A stretch of DNA of 39,861 nucleotides from Limnohabitans sp. (GTDB lineage Bacteria; Pseudomonadota; Gammaproteobacteria; Burkholderiales; Burkholderiaceae_C), in assembly GCA_009693305.1 (NCBI GenBank), contig SHXN01000001.1, forward strand, positions 1 to 39,861. The letters are read 5' to 3'. Position 1 is the first letter of the stretch. Every line of letters begins with the position of its first letter. Positions 9,687 through 20,485 of the stretch are shown here, piece after piece. The translations under genes and the position numbers were made by a program. The notes below the pieces were generated by a model. That model searched no databases. It was given only the letters and a program-made list of their open reading frames with translations, and was not told where the DNA came from.

Positions 9687-11003
9687 CTAACCACCCACCG
9701 CCGTCTTGAAATTCGCCTTCTTGAGAAGCGACTCGTACTGCTGGCTCATGAGATAGTTTTGTACCTGTGACATGAAATCCATGGTCACAACCACAATGAT
9801 CAGCAATGATGTGCCGCCAAAGTAGAAAGGTACGTTGTACTTAAGAATCAAAAACTCTGGCAACAAACACACAAAGGTGATGTAAATAGCGCCAGCCAAT
9901 GTGAGGCGGACCAAAATTTTGTCAATGTGTTTGGCTGTTTGGTCACCAGGGCGAATGCCTGGAATAAAACCGCCTGAACGTTTGAGGTTGTCTGCTGTTT
10001 CACGGCTGTTGAACACCAACGCTGTGTAGAAAAAACAGAAGAAAACAATAGCCGCAGCATAAAACATCACATAAACAGGTTGGCCAGGTGACATGGCAGC
10101 AGCGATGTCTTTGAGCCAAGTCATGCTCTCGCCTGTGCTGAACCAACTGACAACGGTTGCGGGTAACAAAATAATGGATGAAGCAAAAATGGGGGGAATG
10201 ACACCCGACATGTTGAGCTTGAGTGGCAAGTGTGAGGATTGACCACCATACACTTTGTTGCCGACTTGTCGACGTGCATAGTTAACTAAAATTTTGCGCT
10301 GTCCGCGCTCAACAAAAACAACAAAATAAGTGACTGTAATAACCAATACAACCACAAGAATTGCGATGATGATGCTCATTGCACCTGTTCGCACCAATTC
10401 GAGCAAGCCGCCGATTGAGTTAGGCAAGCCTGCGGCAATACCAGCAAAAATAAGAATAGAGATGCCATTGCCCAAACCACGCTCTGTGATTTGTTCGCCC
10501 AGCCACATCAAGAACATGGTGCCCGCTGTGAGCGTGACCATGGCTGTCATGCGAAAACCAATGCCTGGTGCAATGACCAAACCTGCCGATGACTCAAGCG
10601 CCAATGAAATGCCTATGGATTGAAACAAAGCCAATCCTAATGTGCCGTAGCGTGTGTATTGCGTAATTTTGCGACGCCCTGCTTCGCCTTCTTTTTTGAG
10701 TTGCTCTAATGTAGGAACAACATAAGTCATCAACTGCATGATGATGGAAGCAGAAATGTAGGGCATGATGCCCAATGCAAACACGGTGAATCGTGACAAC
10801 GCTCCACCAGAAAACATATTGAATAAATTGAGGATGCCGCCTTGCTGTCCATTGAACAGTTGTTGCAACTGCGCAGGATCAATGCCAGGCACAGGAATAT
10901 GCGCACCCACACGATAAACCACCAACGCCAACAACAAAAAGATAAGACGGCGACGCAAGTCTCCGTACTTATCTGTTTTGGCTAATGATGGACTAGTTGA
11001 CAT
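9687..11003 (-). CDS. secY: Preprotein translocase SecY
   Basis: [48 protein letters not shown]; multi-TM protein. Confidence 0.99.
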   Translation of the reverse strand: MSTSPSLAKTDKYGDLRRRLIFLLLALVVYRVGAHIPVPGIDPAQLQQLFNGQQGGILNLFNMFSGGALSRFTVFALGIMPYISASIIMQLMTYVVPTLEQLKKEGEAGRRKITQYTRYGTLGLALFQSIGISLALESSAGLVIAPGIGFRMTAMVTLTAGTMFLMWLGEQITERGLGNGISILIFAGIAAGLPNSIGGLLELVRTGAMSIIIAILVVVLVITVTYFVVFVERGQRKILVNYARRQVGNKVYGGQSSHLPLKLNMSGVIPPIFASSIILLPATVVSWFSTGESMTWLKDIAAAMSPGQPVYVMFYAAAIVFFCFFYTALVFNSRETADNLKRSGGFIPGIRPGDQTAKHIDKILVRLTLAGAIYITFVCLLPEFLILKYNVPFYFGGTSLLIIVVVTMDFMSQVQNYLMSQQYESLLKKANFKTAVGG

Positions 11004-11020
11004 GTGTGCGTATAAACAAT

Positions 11021-11452
11021 TTAGGCGACAGATCCACCAGCCGCTTCAATGGCTGCTTTTGCACCTGCTGTGGCACCAATGCCATTGAGCTTGACTGCAA
11101 TTTTGATTTCGCCTGTTTTGATGACCTTGACTACTTTTGCAATTTCGTTGACCAAACCCGCTTGTTTGAGCGTGAGGATGTCAACTTCTTTTTGATTGAG
11201 ATTGCCCAAAGCTGTCAATGTGATTTCTGCGTTGTACTTGAGCGATTGAGATTTGAATCCACGCTTGGGTAAACGACGTTGCAAAGGCATTTGACCGCCT
11301 TCGAAACCCACTTTGTGATAGCCGCCTGCGCGAGATTTTTGACCTTTGTGACCACGGCCTGCTGTTTTGCCAAGACCCGAGCCAATGCCACGTCCGACAC
11401 GACGACGGTTGGGGCGTGAACCATCTGCGGATTTGATGTTATGGAGTTCCAT
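11021..11452 (-). CDS. rplO: 50S ribosomal protein L15
   Basis: [39 protein letters not shown]. Confidence 0.99.
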   Translation of the reverse strand: MELHNIKSADGSRPNRRRVGRGIGSGLGKTAGRGHKGQKSRAGGYHKVGFEGGQMPLQRRLPKRGFKSQSLKYNAEITLTALGNLNQKEVDILTLKQAGLVNEIAKVVKVIKTGEIKIAVKLNGIGATAGAKAAIEAAGGSVA

Positions 11453-11461
11453 GTGAAGCCC

Positions 11462-11644
11462 TTACAGCACTTTGACCAGATAACCGATCTTGTTGATCAT
11501 GCCGCGCACAGCGGGCGTATCTTGTAATTCGCTGACGCTACCGATTTTGCGCAAACCCAAACCACGCACAGTGGCGCGATGTGTTTCACGTGTTCCGATA
11601 GGACTACGCACAAGTTGTAATTTGACTTTGTTTTCGTTGCACAT
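11462..11644 (-). CDS. rpmD: 50S ribosomal protein L30
   Basis: QLVRSPIG...[11 protein letters not shown]...[11 protein letters not shown]; ATG at 11644 after GGAG. Confidence 0.97.
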   Translation of the reverse strand: MCNENKVKLQLVRSPIGTRETHRATVRGLGLRKIGSVSELQDTPAVRGMINKIGYLVKVL

Positions 11645-11658
11645 GGGATGCTCCGTGT

Positions 11659-12177
11659 TCAAACGAACAGTTCTTCAACTGTTTTGCCACGCTTAGCCGC
11701 AACTTCCGATGCGGTGGTGGATTTCGTGAGCGCATCAAATGTTGCGCGAACCATGTTGTAGGGATTGGAAGAGCCATGGCTTTTTGCCACGATATCGGTG
11801 ATGCCCATGACTTCAAAAACTGCGCGCATAGGACCGCCAGCAATAATGCCCGTTCCTTTAGGAGCGGGTGCCATCATGACAAATGCAGCGCCGTGGTGTC
11901 CGGTGACGTTGTGATGAATGGTACCGTTTTTGAGATTGACTTTGACCAAATTGCGACGGGCTTCTTCCATTGCTTTTTGAACTGCCGCTGGCACTTCTTT
12001 GGATTTGCCTTTGCCCATACCAACGCGGCCATCGCCATCACCCACAACAGTGAGTGCTGCAAAACCAAGAATACGACCACCCTTGACCACTTTGGTTACA
12101 CGGTTGACCGCAATCATTTTTTCACGCATGCCATCTTCACGCGCTTCGTTTTGAACTTTCGTATGTACTTTTGCCAT
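11659..12177 (-). CDS. rpsE: 30S ribosomal protein S5
   Basis: [32 protein letters not shown]; start trimmed to MAKVH. Confidence 0.98.
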   Translation of the reverse strand: MAKVHTKVQNEAREDGMREKMIAVNRVTKVVKGGRILGFAALTVVGDGDGRVGMGKGKSKEVPAAVQKAMEEARRNLVKVNLKNGTIHHNVTGHHGAAFVMMAPAPKGTGIIAGGPMRAVFEVMGITDIVAKSHGSSNPYNMVRATFDALTKSTTASEVAAKRGKTVEELFV

Positions 12178-12193
12178 ATTGCTTATCCGATCT

Positions 12194-12559
12194 TTAGAAC
12201 TGCAAGCCCGCTTCGCGAGCGGCGTTGGCCAATGCTTTGACGCGGCCATGGTAGGCGAAGCCAGCGCGGTCGAATGCGACCTTTTCTACGCCAGCGGCTT
12301 TTGCTTTTTGTGCAATGCGTTTGCCCACAATTTCGGCCGCAGATGTATTACCACCCTTGCCTGATGCGCCAATATCTTTGCGCACTTCAGCTTCTGCTGT
12401 AGATGCTGTTGCAATGATTTTGCTGCCGTCGCCAGAAATGACGCTGGCATAAATGTGCAAATTGGTGCGATTGACGGTGAGACGCGCAGTGCCTTGTGTA
12501 GCAATGCGAATTCTGGTTTGACGTGCGCGACGAAGACGCTGCTCTTTTTTGGTCAACAT
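12194..12559 (-). CDS. rplR: 50S ribosomal protein L18
   Basis: [29 protein letters not shown]. Confidence 0.99.
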   Translation of the reverse strand: MLTKKEQRLRRARQTRIRIATQGTARLTVNRTNLHIYASVISGDGSKIIATASTAEAEVRKDIGASGKGGNTSAAEIVGKRIAQKAKAAGVEKVAFDRAGFAYHGRVKALANAAREAGLQF

Positions 12560-12570
12560 GTTGCAGCTCC

Positions 12571-13104
12571 TTATTTCTTCTTGGTCTCTTTGATGGTGAT
12601 CTTTTCGTCCGAATAACGGATGCCCTTGCCTTTGTATGGCTCGGGGGGACGAACTGCGCGAATTTCGGCAGCGATCTGACCAACACGTTGACGATCTGCA
12701 CCTTTGATGATGATTTCAGTAGGTGCTGGGGTTTCAACTTTGATGTCGCTTGGCATGTCAAAGTTGACGGGATGTGAATAACCAACCACGAGATTGAGTT
12801 TTGTTCCAGTGACTTGTGCTTTGTAGCCCACGCCAACCAAATTTAATTTTTTCTCAAAGCCTTTGGTGACACCCACAACCATGTTGTTGACCAATTGACG
12901 CAAAGTACCACTCATGGCATTGGCTTCGCGTGAATCATTGGCGGGCGCAAATGTCATCTTGCCGGCGTCGTTGTCGATAGTGACCAATGCGTTGTTAGCA
13001 ATGGACAGCGTACCGCCCGTTCCTTTGACGCTAATTTGATCTTGTTTGATTGATACATCCACGCCTTGGGGGATGGCTACAGGCATTTTTCCGATACGGG
13101 ACAT
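12571..13104 (-). CDS. rplF: 50S ribosomal protein L6
   Basis: MSRIGKMPV...[13 protein letters not shown]. Confidence 0.99.
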   Translation of the reverse strand: MSRIGKMPVAIPQGVDVSIKQDQISVKGTGGTLSIANNALVTIDNDAGKMTFAPANDSREANAMSGTLRQLVNNMVVGVTKGFEKKLNLVGVGYKAQVTGTKLNLVVGYSHPVNFDMPSDIKVETPAPTEIIIKGADRQRVGQIAAEIRAVRPPEPYKGKGIRYSDEKITIKETKKK

Positions 13105-13118
13105 GTGTCTCTCCTGCC

Positions 13119-13514
13119 TTAAGCGACGTAGCAAAGAACTTCGCCACCGACACCGGTTGCGCGAGCTTTGCGATCGGTCATCACGCCTTTGGACGTGGTG
13201 ACGATTGCCACACCCAAGCCGTTTTGAACTTGAGGAATAGCATCGTGGCCCTTGTAAACGCGCAAGCCTGGACGGCTCACTCGCTCAATACGCTCGATCA
13301 CAGGGCGACCCGCGTAATATTTAAGGGAAATTTCCAATTCGTTCTTGCCATCATGGCTCTTGAGTTGAAAGCCATCGATGTAGCCCTCGTCTTTTAGAAC
13401 CTGAACAATGGCCGTCTTCACTTTGGAAGCGGGGACAGAAACGGTGGGTTTAGCCACCATTTGGGCATTGCGAATGCGTGTCAGCAAGTCGGCAATGGGG
13501 TCACTCATACTCAT
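13119..13514 (-). CDS. rpsH: 30S ribosomal protein S8
   Basis: [33 protein letters not shown]. Confidence 0.99.
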   Translation of the reverse strand: MSMSDPIADLLTRIRNAQMVAKPTVSVPASKVKTAIVQVLKDEGYIDGFQLKSHDGKNELEISLKYYAGRPVIERIERVSRPGLRVYKGHDAIPQVQNGLGVAIVTTSKGVMTDRKARATGVGGEVLCYVA

Positions 13515-13535
13515 GTTGAATTGCTCCTGCCTAGA

Positions 13536-13841
13536 TTACCAGCTTGCCTTGGTGATTCCGGGAATATTGCCTGCGAAGGCCATTTCACGGATCTTGGCTC
13601 GGCCGAGGCCGAACTGACGGAAGGTCCCACGTGGGCGACCAGTGATCTCGCAACGGTTACGTTGACGAGTGGGGTTTGCGTTGCGGGGCAACTTTTGCAG
13701 ACCCAAACGAGCTGCAGCGCGCTCTTCGTCGGTGCGTTTTGGGTCACCAGCGGTTGCTTTGAGCTCTGCGTATTTGGCCGCGTACTTGGCCACCAATTTG
13801 TCGCGCTTGAGTTCGCGTTCGATTAAAGCTACTTTAGCCAC
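13536..13841 (-). CDS. rpsN: 30S ribosomal protein S14 (long, Zn-independent type)
   Basis: GTG start with GAGGT SD; 101 aa; [12 protein letters not shown]...PGITKASW. Confidence 0.98.
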   Translation of the reverse strand: MAKVALIERELKRDKLVAKYAAKYAELKATAGDPKRTDEERAAARLGLQKLPRNANPTRQRNRCEITGRPRGTFRQFGLGRAKIREMAFAGNIPGITKASW

Positions 13842-13849
13842 GTGCCACC

Positions 13850-14389
13850 TCAGTTCTTGAAAGGAAAACGGAAAGCCGCGAGAAGTGCTTTGCACTCTTC
13901 ATCGGTCTTGGCCGTCGTGGTGATACTGATATTGAGGCCGCGCAAAGCGTCAACCTTGTCATACTCAATTTCAGGGAAGATGATTTGTTCTTTGACACCG
14001 ATGTTGTAGTTGCCGCGTCCATCAAAGGCACGGGCAGAAACACCACGGAAGTCGCGGACGCGGGGTAATGCGATGGTGACAAAGCGATCGAGAAATTCGT
14101 ACATGCGAACGCCACGCAAGGTGACCATGCAACCAATGGCTTGGTCTTCGCGAATTTTGAAACCCGCGATGGCTTTGCGCGCTTTGGTAACCACAGGCTT
14201 TTGACCTGCAATTTTGGTGAGGTCGCCGACCGCGTGTTCCATGATTTTTTTGTCTGCAACAGCTTCGCTCACACCCATATTGAGTGTGATTTTGGTGAGG
14301 CGAGGCACCTGCATGGGTGACTTATAGCCAAATTGAGTGGTTAACTGGGGAACCACTTTTTCACGGTAATGTTGTTGAAGTCGTGCCAT
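13850..14389 (-). CDS. rplE: 50S ribosomal protein L5
   Basis: [33 protein letters not shown]. Confidence 0.99.
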   Translation of the reverse strand: MARLQQHYREKVVPQLTTQFGYKSPMQVPRLTKITLNMGVSEAVADKKIMEHAVGDLTKIAGQKPVVTKARKAIAGFKIREDQAIGCMVTLRGVRMYEFLDRFVTIALPRVRDFRGVSARAFDGRGNYNIGVKEQIIFPEIEYDKVDALRGLNISITTTAKTDEECKALLAAFRFPFKN

Positions 14390-14391
14390 CT

Positions 14392-14712
14392 TTATGCCGC
14401 CTTGATTTCTTCGCCACTGGACTTGAAGACACGCACTTTGGAGCTGTCAGCCTGAATTTTGATGCCTACACGATCAGCCTTGCCTGTTGTGGCATTGAAA
14501 ATGGCTACATTGGATTGGTGAATAGGCATGGATTTTTCGACGATGCCACCTGTGGTGCCTGCCATCGGATTGGGCTTGGTGTGTTTTTTGACCAAGTTGA
14601 TGCCCTCGATGAGCAGATGGGAGTCGTCTTGACGAAGCGCAATTTTGCCGCGCTTGCCTTTGTCTTTGCCAGTGATAACGACGACTTCGTCGCCTTTGCG
14701 GAGTTTGTTCAT
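14392..14712 (-). CDS. rplX: 50S ribosomal protein L24
   Basis: KOW motif [23 protein letters not shown]. Confidence 0.99.
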   Translation of the reverse strand: MNKLRKGDEVVVITGKDKGKRGKIALRQDDSHLLIEGINLVKKHTKPNPMAGTTGGIVEKSMPIHQSNVAIFNATTGKADRVGIKIQADSSKVRVFKSSGEEIKAA

Positions 14713-14721
14713 GGCCGGTCC

Positions 14722-15090
14722 TTAGAGAACTTCGGGCGCCAAAGACACGATCTTCATGAAGCGCTCGGTACGCAATTCGCGCGTAACGGGGCCGAAGATG
14801 CGGGTGCCGATGGGCTCCAGCTTGGTGTTAAGCAGTACAGCGGCGTTGCTGTCAAATTTGACAAGTGAACCGTCCGAACGGCGAATGCCCTTGGCAGTGC
14901 GAACCACCACGGCACTATAGACCTCGCCTTTTTTGACGCGGCCACGAGGTGCAGCTTCTTTGATGCTCACCTTAATGATGTCGCCAACACTGGCGTAGCG
15001 ACGCTTGGATCCGCCGAGCACCTTGATGCACAAAACAGATTTGGCGCCCGTGTTGTCGGCGACCTCTAATCGAGATTCAGTCTGGATCAT
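14722..15090 (-). CDS. rplN: 50S ribosomal protein L14
   Basis: [17 protein letters not shown]...GTRIFGPV...SLAPEVL. Confidence 0.99.
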   Translation of the reverse strand: MIQTESRLEVADNTGAKSVLCIKVLGGSKRRYASVGDIIKVSIKEAAPRGRVKKGEVYSAVVVRTAKGIRRSDGSLVKFDSNAAVLLNTKLEPIGTRIFGPVTRELRTERFMKIVSLAPEVL

Positions 15091-15232
15091 TTTAAGTTAT
15101 TCCCAACTTGTACCGGATATCTGCAAAAATTTGCGTCGATCTGATCAGTCTTGGTCCCGTTTTACACGCACCACAATTAGCACGCTCAACTTTGGGCAGA
15201 AAATTCCCTGCCATGAGCAGGAAAGTGGATTA

Positions 15233-15262
15233 ATTATGGCACGCTTTTGAGCGGGCCGTCAA
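15233..15262 (-). promoter_or_regulatory. Sigma70 promoter of the spc operon
   Basis: -35 TTGACG (15262-15257), 18-bp spacer, extended -10 TGcCATAAT (hexamer 15238-15233), with AT-rich sequence upstream. Confidence 0.7.
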
Positions 15263-15339
15263 CAAATTGCAAATTATTCACGTAATAAACACAACAGACG
15301 GCTTTATTAAATAGTCTTAATCAGAGGATTTTGAGTAGA

Positions 15340-16809
15340 TTAGCCCGCCAAATACTCTGCCATGTATTTTTTGGCCAAAGCCACAAACTCATCCAACCGG
15401 GGATCGGCAATGCCCTCACTGGCCATGATTTGCGCTACTTGAGGCGCCAATTGAATAGCCAAGCCCGCTTCTAAAAACAGCACGAGCGATCGCCGGGCCA
15501 AAACATCTTCGACGCTCAGGGCCATTTCGTTCTGCACGGCATAGCGCACGCGGTCGGGGGTCGGTGCATCGGAGGATAGCCCCTTTATAGGATGCAAATG
15601 AGTGGTGGACTTGTTTTGCGGTGGCTTGGGTAAAAAGCCTTCTTGAATACACCGATCTATAACATCCTCAGCCATAACCCGATAAGTGGTCCATTTGCCG
15701 CCTGTGATGGTGACCAGCCTCGACGAATCGACCCCAATAAAGTACTCACGGCTGATTTGACTGGTTGCCCCCGTCTTTTGATGTGAGTTGGCTTGAACCA
15801 ATGGTCTCAAGCCCGCCCACATGCTTTTGATGTCTTGAATGCGGGGTGCTTTGTTTAAATAAGGCGCAACTTGTTGCAAGATAAATTGAACATCCTCTAG
15901 CGTGGGCTTGGGTTCAAGCAAGAGATCCGATTGTGGCGTGTCGGTGGTTCCTAAAATGACATGCCCCATCCACGGCACGACAAATAACACCCGACCGTCC
16001 GATGTTTTGGGAATTAATAAGGCTTCATCGTATGGCCAAAATAAGTGATCGACGACCACATGCACGCCTTGGCTAGCAGACACGAGCGATGAATTTTTTG
16101 AATGGGGGCTCATGTTTCGAATATCGTCGACCCAAACCCCTGTTGCGTTGATCACACAGGCGGCATTGATTGTGTAATTGCTTTGCGTCAATGCATCTTG
16201 GAAATTCAAACCTTTCACTAAGCCGTCTTGATGATTCAAGGATTGAACAGGGCAATAATTGATGACACGCGCGCCCAATGACTGCGCGGTGCGCGCCAAA
16301 GAAATGGCCAATCGCGAATCGTCAAATTGCGCATCCCAATATTGAACGCCGCCTTTGAGTCCATAAGCCATAAGATGGGTATAGCGCGATTTAATCAGCT
16401 TTGAGCTGAGATGATGCGTAGGGCCCAAACTAGAAGCGCCTGCAAGTGCATCGTAAATTTTTAAACCGACGGTGTAGAGCATCGTATCCCACCATGAATA
16501 GGTGGGAACAATAAAAGACAAAGGATGGGCCAAATGCGATGCATTGTTGAGCAGCACACCGCGTTCGTGCAAGGCTTGGTAGATCAAAGCGATGTTGCCT
16601 TGAGCCAAATAGCGAACACCCCCATGCAATAGTTTGGTTGAACGTGACGACGTTCCTTTTGCAAAATCTTGCGCCTCTAACAAGACAACGCGGTATCCTT
16701 TGAGCGCCGCTTCAACAGCAGCGCCCAATCCTGTGGCGCCCCCACCAATAATGGCCACATCAAAATTGGGATTGGTGGACAATTGTTGAAGTAGTAGTAG
16801 TCTTTGCAT
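15340..16809 (-). CDS. glpD: FAD-dependent glycerol-3-phosphate dehydrogenase
   Basis: IIGGGATGLG, GTSSRSTKLLHGGVRYL, WAGLRPLV, ITGGKWTTYR; divergent from glpK. Confidence 0.93.
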   Translation of the reverse strand: MQRLLLLQQLSTNPNFDVAIIGGGATGLGAAVEAALKGYRVVLLEAQDFAKGTSSRSTKLLHGGVRYLAQGNIALIYQALHERGVLLNNASHLAHPLSFIVPTYSWWDTMLYTVGLKIYDALAGASSLGPTHHLSSKLIKSRYTHLMAYGLKGGVQYWDAQFDDSRLAISLARTAQSLGARVINYCPVQSLNHQDGLVKGLNFQDALTQSNYTINAACVINATGVWVDDIRNMSPHSKNSSLVSASQGVHVVVDHLFWPYDEALLIPKTSDGRVLFVVPWMGHVILGTTDTPQSDLLLEPKPTLEDVQFILQQVAPYLNKAPRIQDIKSMWAGLRPLVQANSHQKTGATSQISREYFIGVDSSRLVTITGGKWTTYRVMAEDVIDRCIQEGFLPKPPQNKSTTHLHPIKGLSSDAPTPDRVRYAVQNEMALSVEDVLARRSLVLFLEAGLAIQLAPQVAQIMASEGIADPRLDEFVALAKKYMAEYLAG

Positions 16810-16851
16810 GGTTAGATTTTGTAGGTTTGTTTTGTTTTTTGCAAAAATTAA

Positions 16852-18360
16852 ATGAAGGTGATGCGATTGAAATATTTATTAGCCATTGATCAAGGAACGT
16901 CGAGTTGTAGAACTTTATTGTTTGATGAACAGGGTCATACCACTGGCTTGTCGCAAAAGGAGTTCAAACAAATTTATCCTCAAGCTGGATGGGTGGAGCA
17001 TAACGCGAATGAGATTTGGCGTTGTCAACTCGGCACCCTGCGCGATGTGATTCAACAATCGGGGATTGATGCGAAAGATATCGCAAGCATTGGCATCACC
17101 AATCAACGTGAAACCACGGTTATTTGGGATAAGCGCACAGGGCAGCCCATTTACAACGCCATTGTTTGGCAAGACCGTCGCACAGCTGATGTTTGTCAGC
17201 AGTTGATTGATCGTGGCTTAGCAGATGTGGTGAAACAAAAAACAGGGCTCGTGATTGACTCTTATTTCAGTGGGACCAAAGCCGCTTGGATTTTGGATCA
17301 TGTGAAGGGCGCACGCGAATTGGCTCAAGCAGGCCATTTGGCTTTTGGCACGATTGACACTTGGTTGATTTGGCAACTCACCAATGGCCAATCACATGTA
17401 ACCGATGTGAGCAATGCATCGCGCACGATGATGTTTAATATTCAAACCCATCAATGGGACGATCAATTGATTGAATGCTTGAATGTGCCACGCAACATCT
17501 TGCCTCATGTGTTGCCTTCATGCGCAGATTTTGGAATCGCAGATGTTCAATGGTTTGGGCATACGATACCGATTGCAGGAGTAGCGGGCGATCAACAAAG
17601 CGCCTTGTTTGGTCAAGCGTGTTGGAAATCAGGCATGGCAAAAAACACCTATGGAACCGGTTGCTTCATGTTAATGAATACAGGCAATCAATTGGTGAAC
17701 AGTCAAAATGGATTGATTGGCACGCACTGTGCACAAAGCGATTCGCAATCTCAATTTGCATTGGAAGGCAGTGTGTTCATGGGTGGCGCTGTTGTGCAAT
17801 GGTTGTGTGATGGTTTAGGCATGATTCAAAGCAGTAGCGAGATCGAAGCATTGGCCTCCTCTGTTGAAACATCCGATGGGGTGGTGATGGTGCCCGCATT
17901 CACAGGCTTGGGTGCACCTTACTGGCAATCGCAAGCGCGCGGCATAATCACGGGTATGACGCGGGGCACAAACCGCGCGCACATTGCACGCGCCGCATTG
18001 GAGAGTATTGTTTTTCAAAGTGCGGCTTTGTATTTTGCAATGATGAAAGATGTTGCTCAGTTGGGCAACATCCAAGCGCAAGGTTTGCGAGTCGACGGTG
18101 GAGCTTGTGTGAATAATTTGTTGATGCAAATGCAAGCCGATGTTTTGGGGTTGCCAGTAATTCGTCCGTCGGTGATAGAAACAACGGCGCTGGGTGCGGC
18201 TTATTTGGCTGGTCTGCAAGTGGGCATTTTTGCTAACACGCAAGATTTAACGGCACAATGGAAAATCGAACGCATCTTTGAACCTAAAATTTCTCGTGAT
18301 CAGGCCCATAGCATGATGTTTGCATGGGAACATGCGGTGAGGCAAGCGGTTACTTTGTGA
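16852..18360 (+). CDS. glpK: Glycerol kinase (start could be 16861)
   Basis: AIDQGT, GITNQRETT, AIVWQDRRT, GDQQSALFGQ, KNTYGTGCF, LRVDGG, ETTALGAA. Confidence 0.96.
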   Translation: MKVMRLKYLLAIDQGTSSCRTLLFDEQGHTTGLSQKEFKQIYPQAGWVEHNANEIWRCQLGTLRDVIQQSGIDAKDIASIGITNQRETTVIWDKRTGQPIYNAIVWQDRRTADVCQQLIDRGLADVVKQKTGLVIDSYFSGTKAAWILDHVKGARELAQAGHLAFGTIDTWLIWQLTNGQSHVTDVSNASRTMMFNIQTHQWDDQLIECLNVPRNILPHVLPSCADFGIADVQWFGHTIPIAGVAGDQQSALFGQACWKSGMAKNTYGTGCFMLMNTGNQLVNSQNGLIGTHCAQSDSQSQFALEGSVFMGGAVVQWLCDGLGMIQSSSEIEALASSVETSDGVVMVPAFTGLGAPYWQSQARGIITGMTRGTNRAHIARAALESIVFQSAALYFAMMKDVAQLGNIQAQGLRVDGGACVNNLLMQMQADVLGLPVIRPSVIETTALGAAYLAGLQVGIFANTQDLTAQWKIERIFEPKISRDQAHSMMFAWEHAVRQAVTL

Positions 18361-18389
18361 ATCAAATTATTTTTAAACTGGACTAGCCA

Positions 18390-19214
18390 ATGACTTCTGA
18401 ATTTTTAAATTTGCAATTGGCTTTTATTGGTGGCGGCAATATGGCCAGCGCCATGATAAATGGTCTCATTGCACGCCAGATCAATCCTCAGCACATTCAT
18501 GTGTTGGAACCTTTGCAAGAGGCGCGGGCACGCTTGTCTCAAATGGGCGTGGTCACTCATGATCAGGTCAATGAACATTTAAATAAAGCAAGTCTGGTGA
18601 TTTGGGCCATCAAACCTCAAATGTTTCATCAAGCCGCATTGCCTTGCGCATCGTTCACTCACAATGCTTTGCATTTGAGTGTGGCCGCTGGCATTCGAAG
18701 CGACAGCATCGCGCATTGGTTGGGCACTCAGCGCGTCGTTCGCGCAATGCCAAATACACCCGCCTTGGTGGCCTTGGGACAAACGGGTTTGTTTGCACGA
18801 TCAGCAGTGAGCGCGCAAGACCGCGGTTTGATCGAAGTATTGATTGCAACAACAGGACAATACCTTTGGGTGGATGAAGAATCCAAACTTGATGCCGTAA
18901 CCGCACTTTCAGGCTCGGGCCCCGCTTATGTGTTTTATTTTTTAGAAGCGATGATTGAAGCAGGAAAGCAATTGGGCCTGTCACTAGAACAATCGCGGCA
19001 ATTGGCCATTGGCACGTTTGTGGGCGCGTCTGAGTTGGCGCGCGCCAGCAGCGAGTCGCCTGCGGTTTTACGTGAAAGAGTCACGTCCAAAGGTGGCACA
19101 ACGCATGCGGCTTTGAGCGTGATGCAAGAACATCATTTGGGCGAACTATTTGAAAAAGCGATTGGAGCGGCAAGTGAGCGAGCGCATCAATTAGGCAAAG
19201 AATTTGGCAAGTGA
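18390..19214 (+). CDS. proC: Pyrroline-5-carboxylate reductase
   Basis: FIGGGNMA, VRAMPNTPA, TALSGSGPAY, VTSKGGTT. Confidence 0.97.
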   Translation: MTSEFLNLQLAFIGGGNMASAMINGLIARQINPQHIHVLEPLQEARARLSQMGVVTHDQVNEHLNKASLVIWAIKPQMFHQAALPCASFTHNALHLSVAAGIRSDSIAHWLGTQRVVRAMPNTPALVALGQTGLFARSAVSAQDRGLIEVLIATTGQYLWVDEESKLDAVTALSGSGPAYVFYFLEAMIEAGKQLGLSLEQSRQLAIGTFVGASELARASSESPAVLRERVTSKGGTTHAALSVMQEHHLGELFEKAIGAASERAHQLGKEFGK

Positions 19215-19294
19215 ATCGCATTTTGACTGGTTTTGATGCTTTTTGAGAGTCGTGCGACAATGTGTCAAGTTTAACTTTCGACAGGAATCAATCT

Positions 19295-19504
19295 ATGTTT
19301 AAACTATTCTTTGCCATCTGCGCTAACTTTGTCATGGCTTTACCAACTTTAAGTACCGCTCAAAGCACACCCACCCCAGCCACTCAAGCAGCACCAGCGA
19401 CAACGCCTGCCGCTGACCCTACTGTAAATTCTGACAAGAAGCCCAAGGCAGCCAAGAAGGCCAAAAAGAAAAAAGCAAAGAAAGCCAAAAAAGCACAAAC
19501 TTGA
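19295..19504 (+). CDS. Small secreted protein with Pro/Thr/Ala linker and Lys/Ala-rich tail
   Basis: AGGA SD then ATG at 19295; signal-peptide-like MFKLFFAICANFVMALPTLSTA; tail KKPKAAKKAKKKKAKKAKKA; 69 aa. Confidence 0.7.
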   Translation: MFKLFFAICANFVMALPTLSTAQSTPTPATQAAPATTPAADPTVNSDKKPKAAKKAKKKKAKKAKKAQT

Positions 19505-19562
19505 TTGATTTTTAAATTTTTAAAAAACCACTTATTCAAGTCGTTTTTTTCGCGTGCATTTT

Positions 19563-20474
19563 TTATTGAAGAGCAAAGCCCACAACAACGCCAACAAATA
19601 ATGTGGTGCACAACCAATGGTTTTGTCTAAAAGCTTTAAAACAGTTATGTCGATCTCGGTGTTTGATCAATTGGTAATGCCAGATCACTTGTAAGACGGC
19701 CAATACCCATGCGATATAGACAGGCCATCCGAGTTGATACGGCATGATTAAGGCCATCCAACTGATTAAAAATAAAAAATAAAACAACACAATGGCTTTG
19801 ACATCGTGCTGACCCAAAGTAATCGCCGATGTTTTGATACCGATTTGTAAATCATCATTGCGGTCAACCATTGCATATTCGGTGTCGTAGGCCAAGACCC
19901 AAAAAAGATTGCTCACAAGCATCAACCAAGCTTGCAACGGAACTGCATCCCACACACCTTTCAGGTTGAACTCGCCACCGCGAACAGCAGAAAAAGCCAT
20001 TGGGATACCAAAACTAAAAGCGATGCCCAACACGGCTTGAGGCATAGCAACAAATCGTTTGGCATAAGGGTATGCAATGGCGATGACAGCCGCTGCAACA
20101 GACCAAACGACGGTAACGGCATTGGTAGTGAGCACCAGTAAAAAAGCACACATCGCCAAAAGTGCGCCCAATTGAAGAGCTTGACGAACGCTGAGTTGTC
20201 CGCTGGTCACGGGTCTTTGTGCGGTGCGTTTGACGTGTTTGTCAAATTCACGATCGGCCACATCGTTGATGCAACAACCCGCACTGCGCATCAAGACAGT
20301 GCCAAGCACAAACACACATAACAAGTGCCAATCGGGCCAACCCTTGGATGCGATCCATAAAGCAGTGAGTGATGGCCACAGCAATAACAACCAACCAGCG
20401 GGTCTGTCCCAACGAATGAGATTTAAATAAAGAGTGAAGCGCGAGGCCGTGGTGGTGGGTTCTGACACGATCAT
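19563..20474 (-). CDS. ubiA: 4-hydroxybenzoate polyprenyltransferase
   Basis: [40 protein letters not shown]. Confidence 0.96.
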   Translation of the reverse strand: MIVSEPTTTASRFTLYLNLIRWDRPAGWLLLLWPSLTALWIASKGWPDWHLLCVFVLGTVLMRSAGCCINDVADREFDKHVKRTAQRPVTSGQLSVRQALQLGALLAMCAFLLVLTTNAVTVVWSVAAAVIAIAYPYAKRFVAMPQAVLGIAFSFGIPMAFSAVRGGEFNLKGVWDAVPLQAWLMLVSNLFWVLAYDTEYAMVDRNDDLQIGIKTSAITLGQHDVKAIVLFYFLFLISWMALIMPYQLGWPVYIAWVLAVLQVIWHYQLIKHRDRHNCFKAFRQNHWLCTTLFVGVVVGFALQ

Positions 20475-20485
20475 CCATTAAAAAA

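Noticed and set aside
14295-14395. S8-binding operator at the rplE start (GA-U-GGCAC / GUGCC-UC pairing)
   Set aside because: Only a short stem can be drawn, and it may simply reflect conserved L5 codons; needs a covariance-model search.
15091-15339. spc operon detached from the S10 operon
   Set aside because: To my knowledge this is the usual arrangement in Comamonadaceae, so it is not novel.
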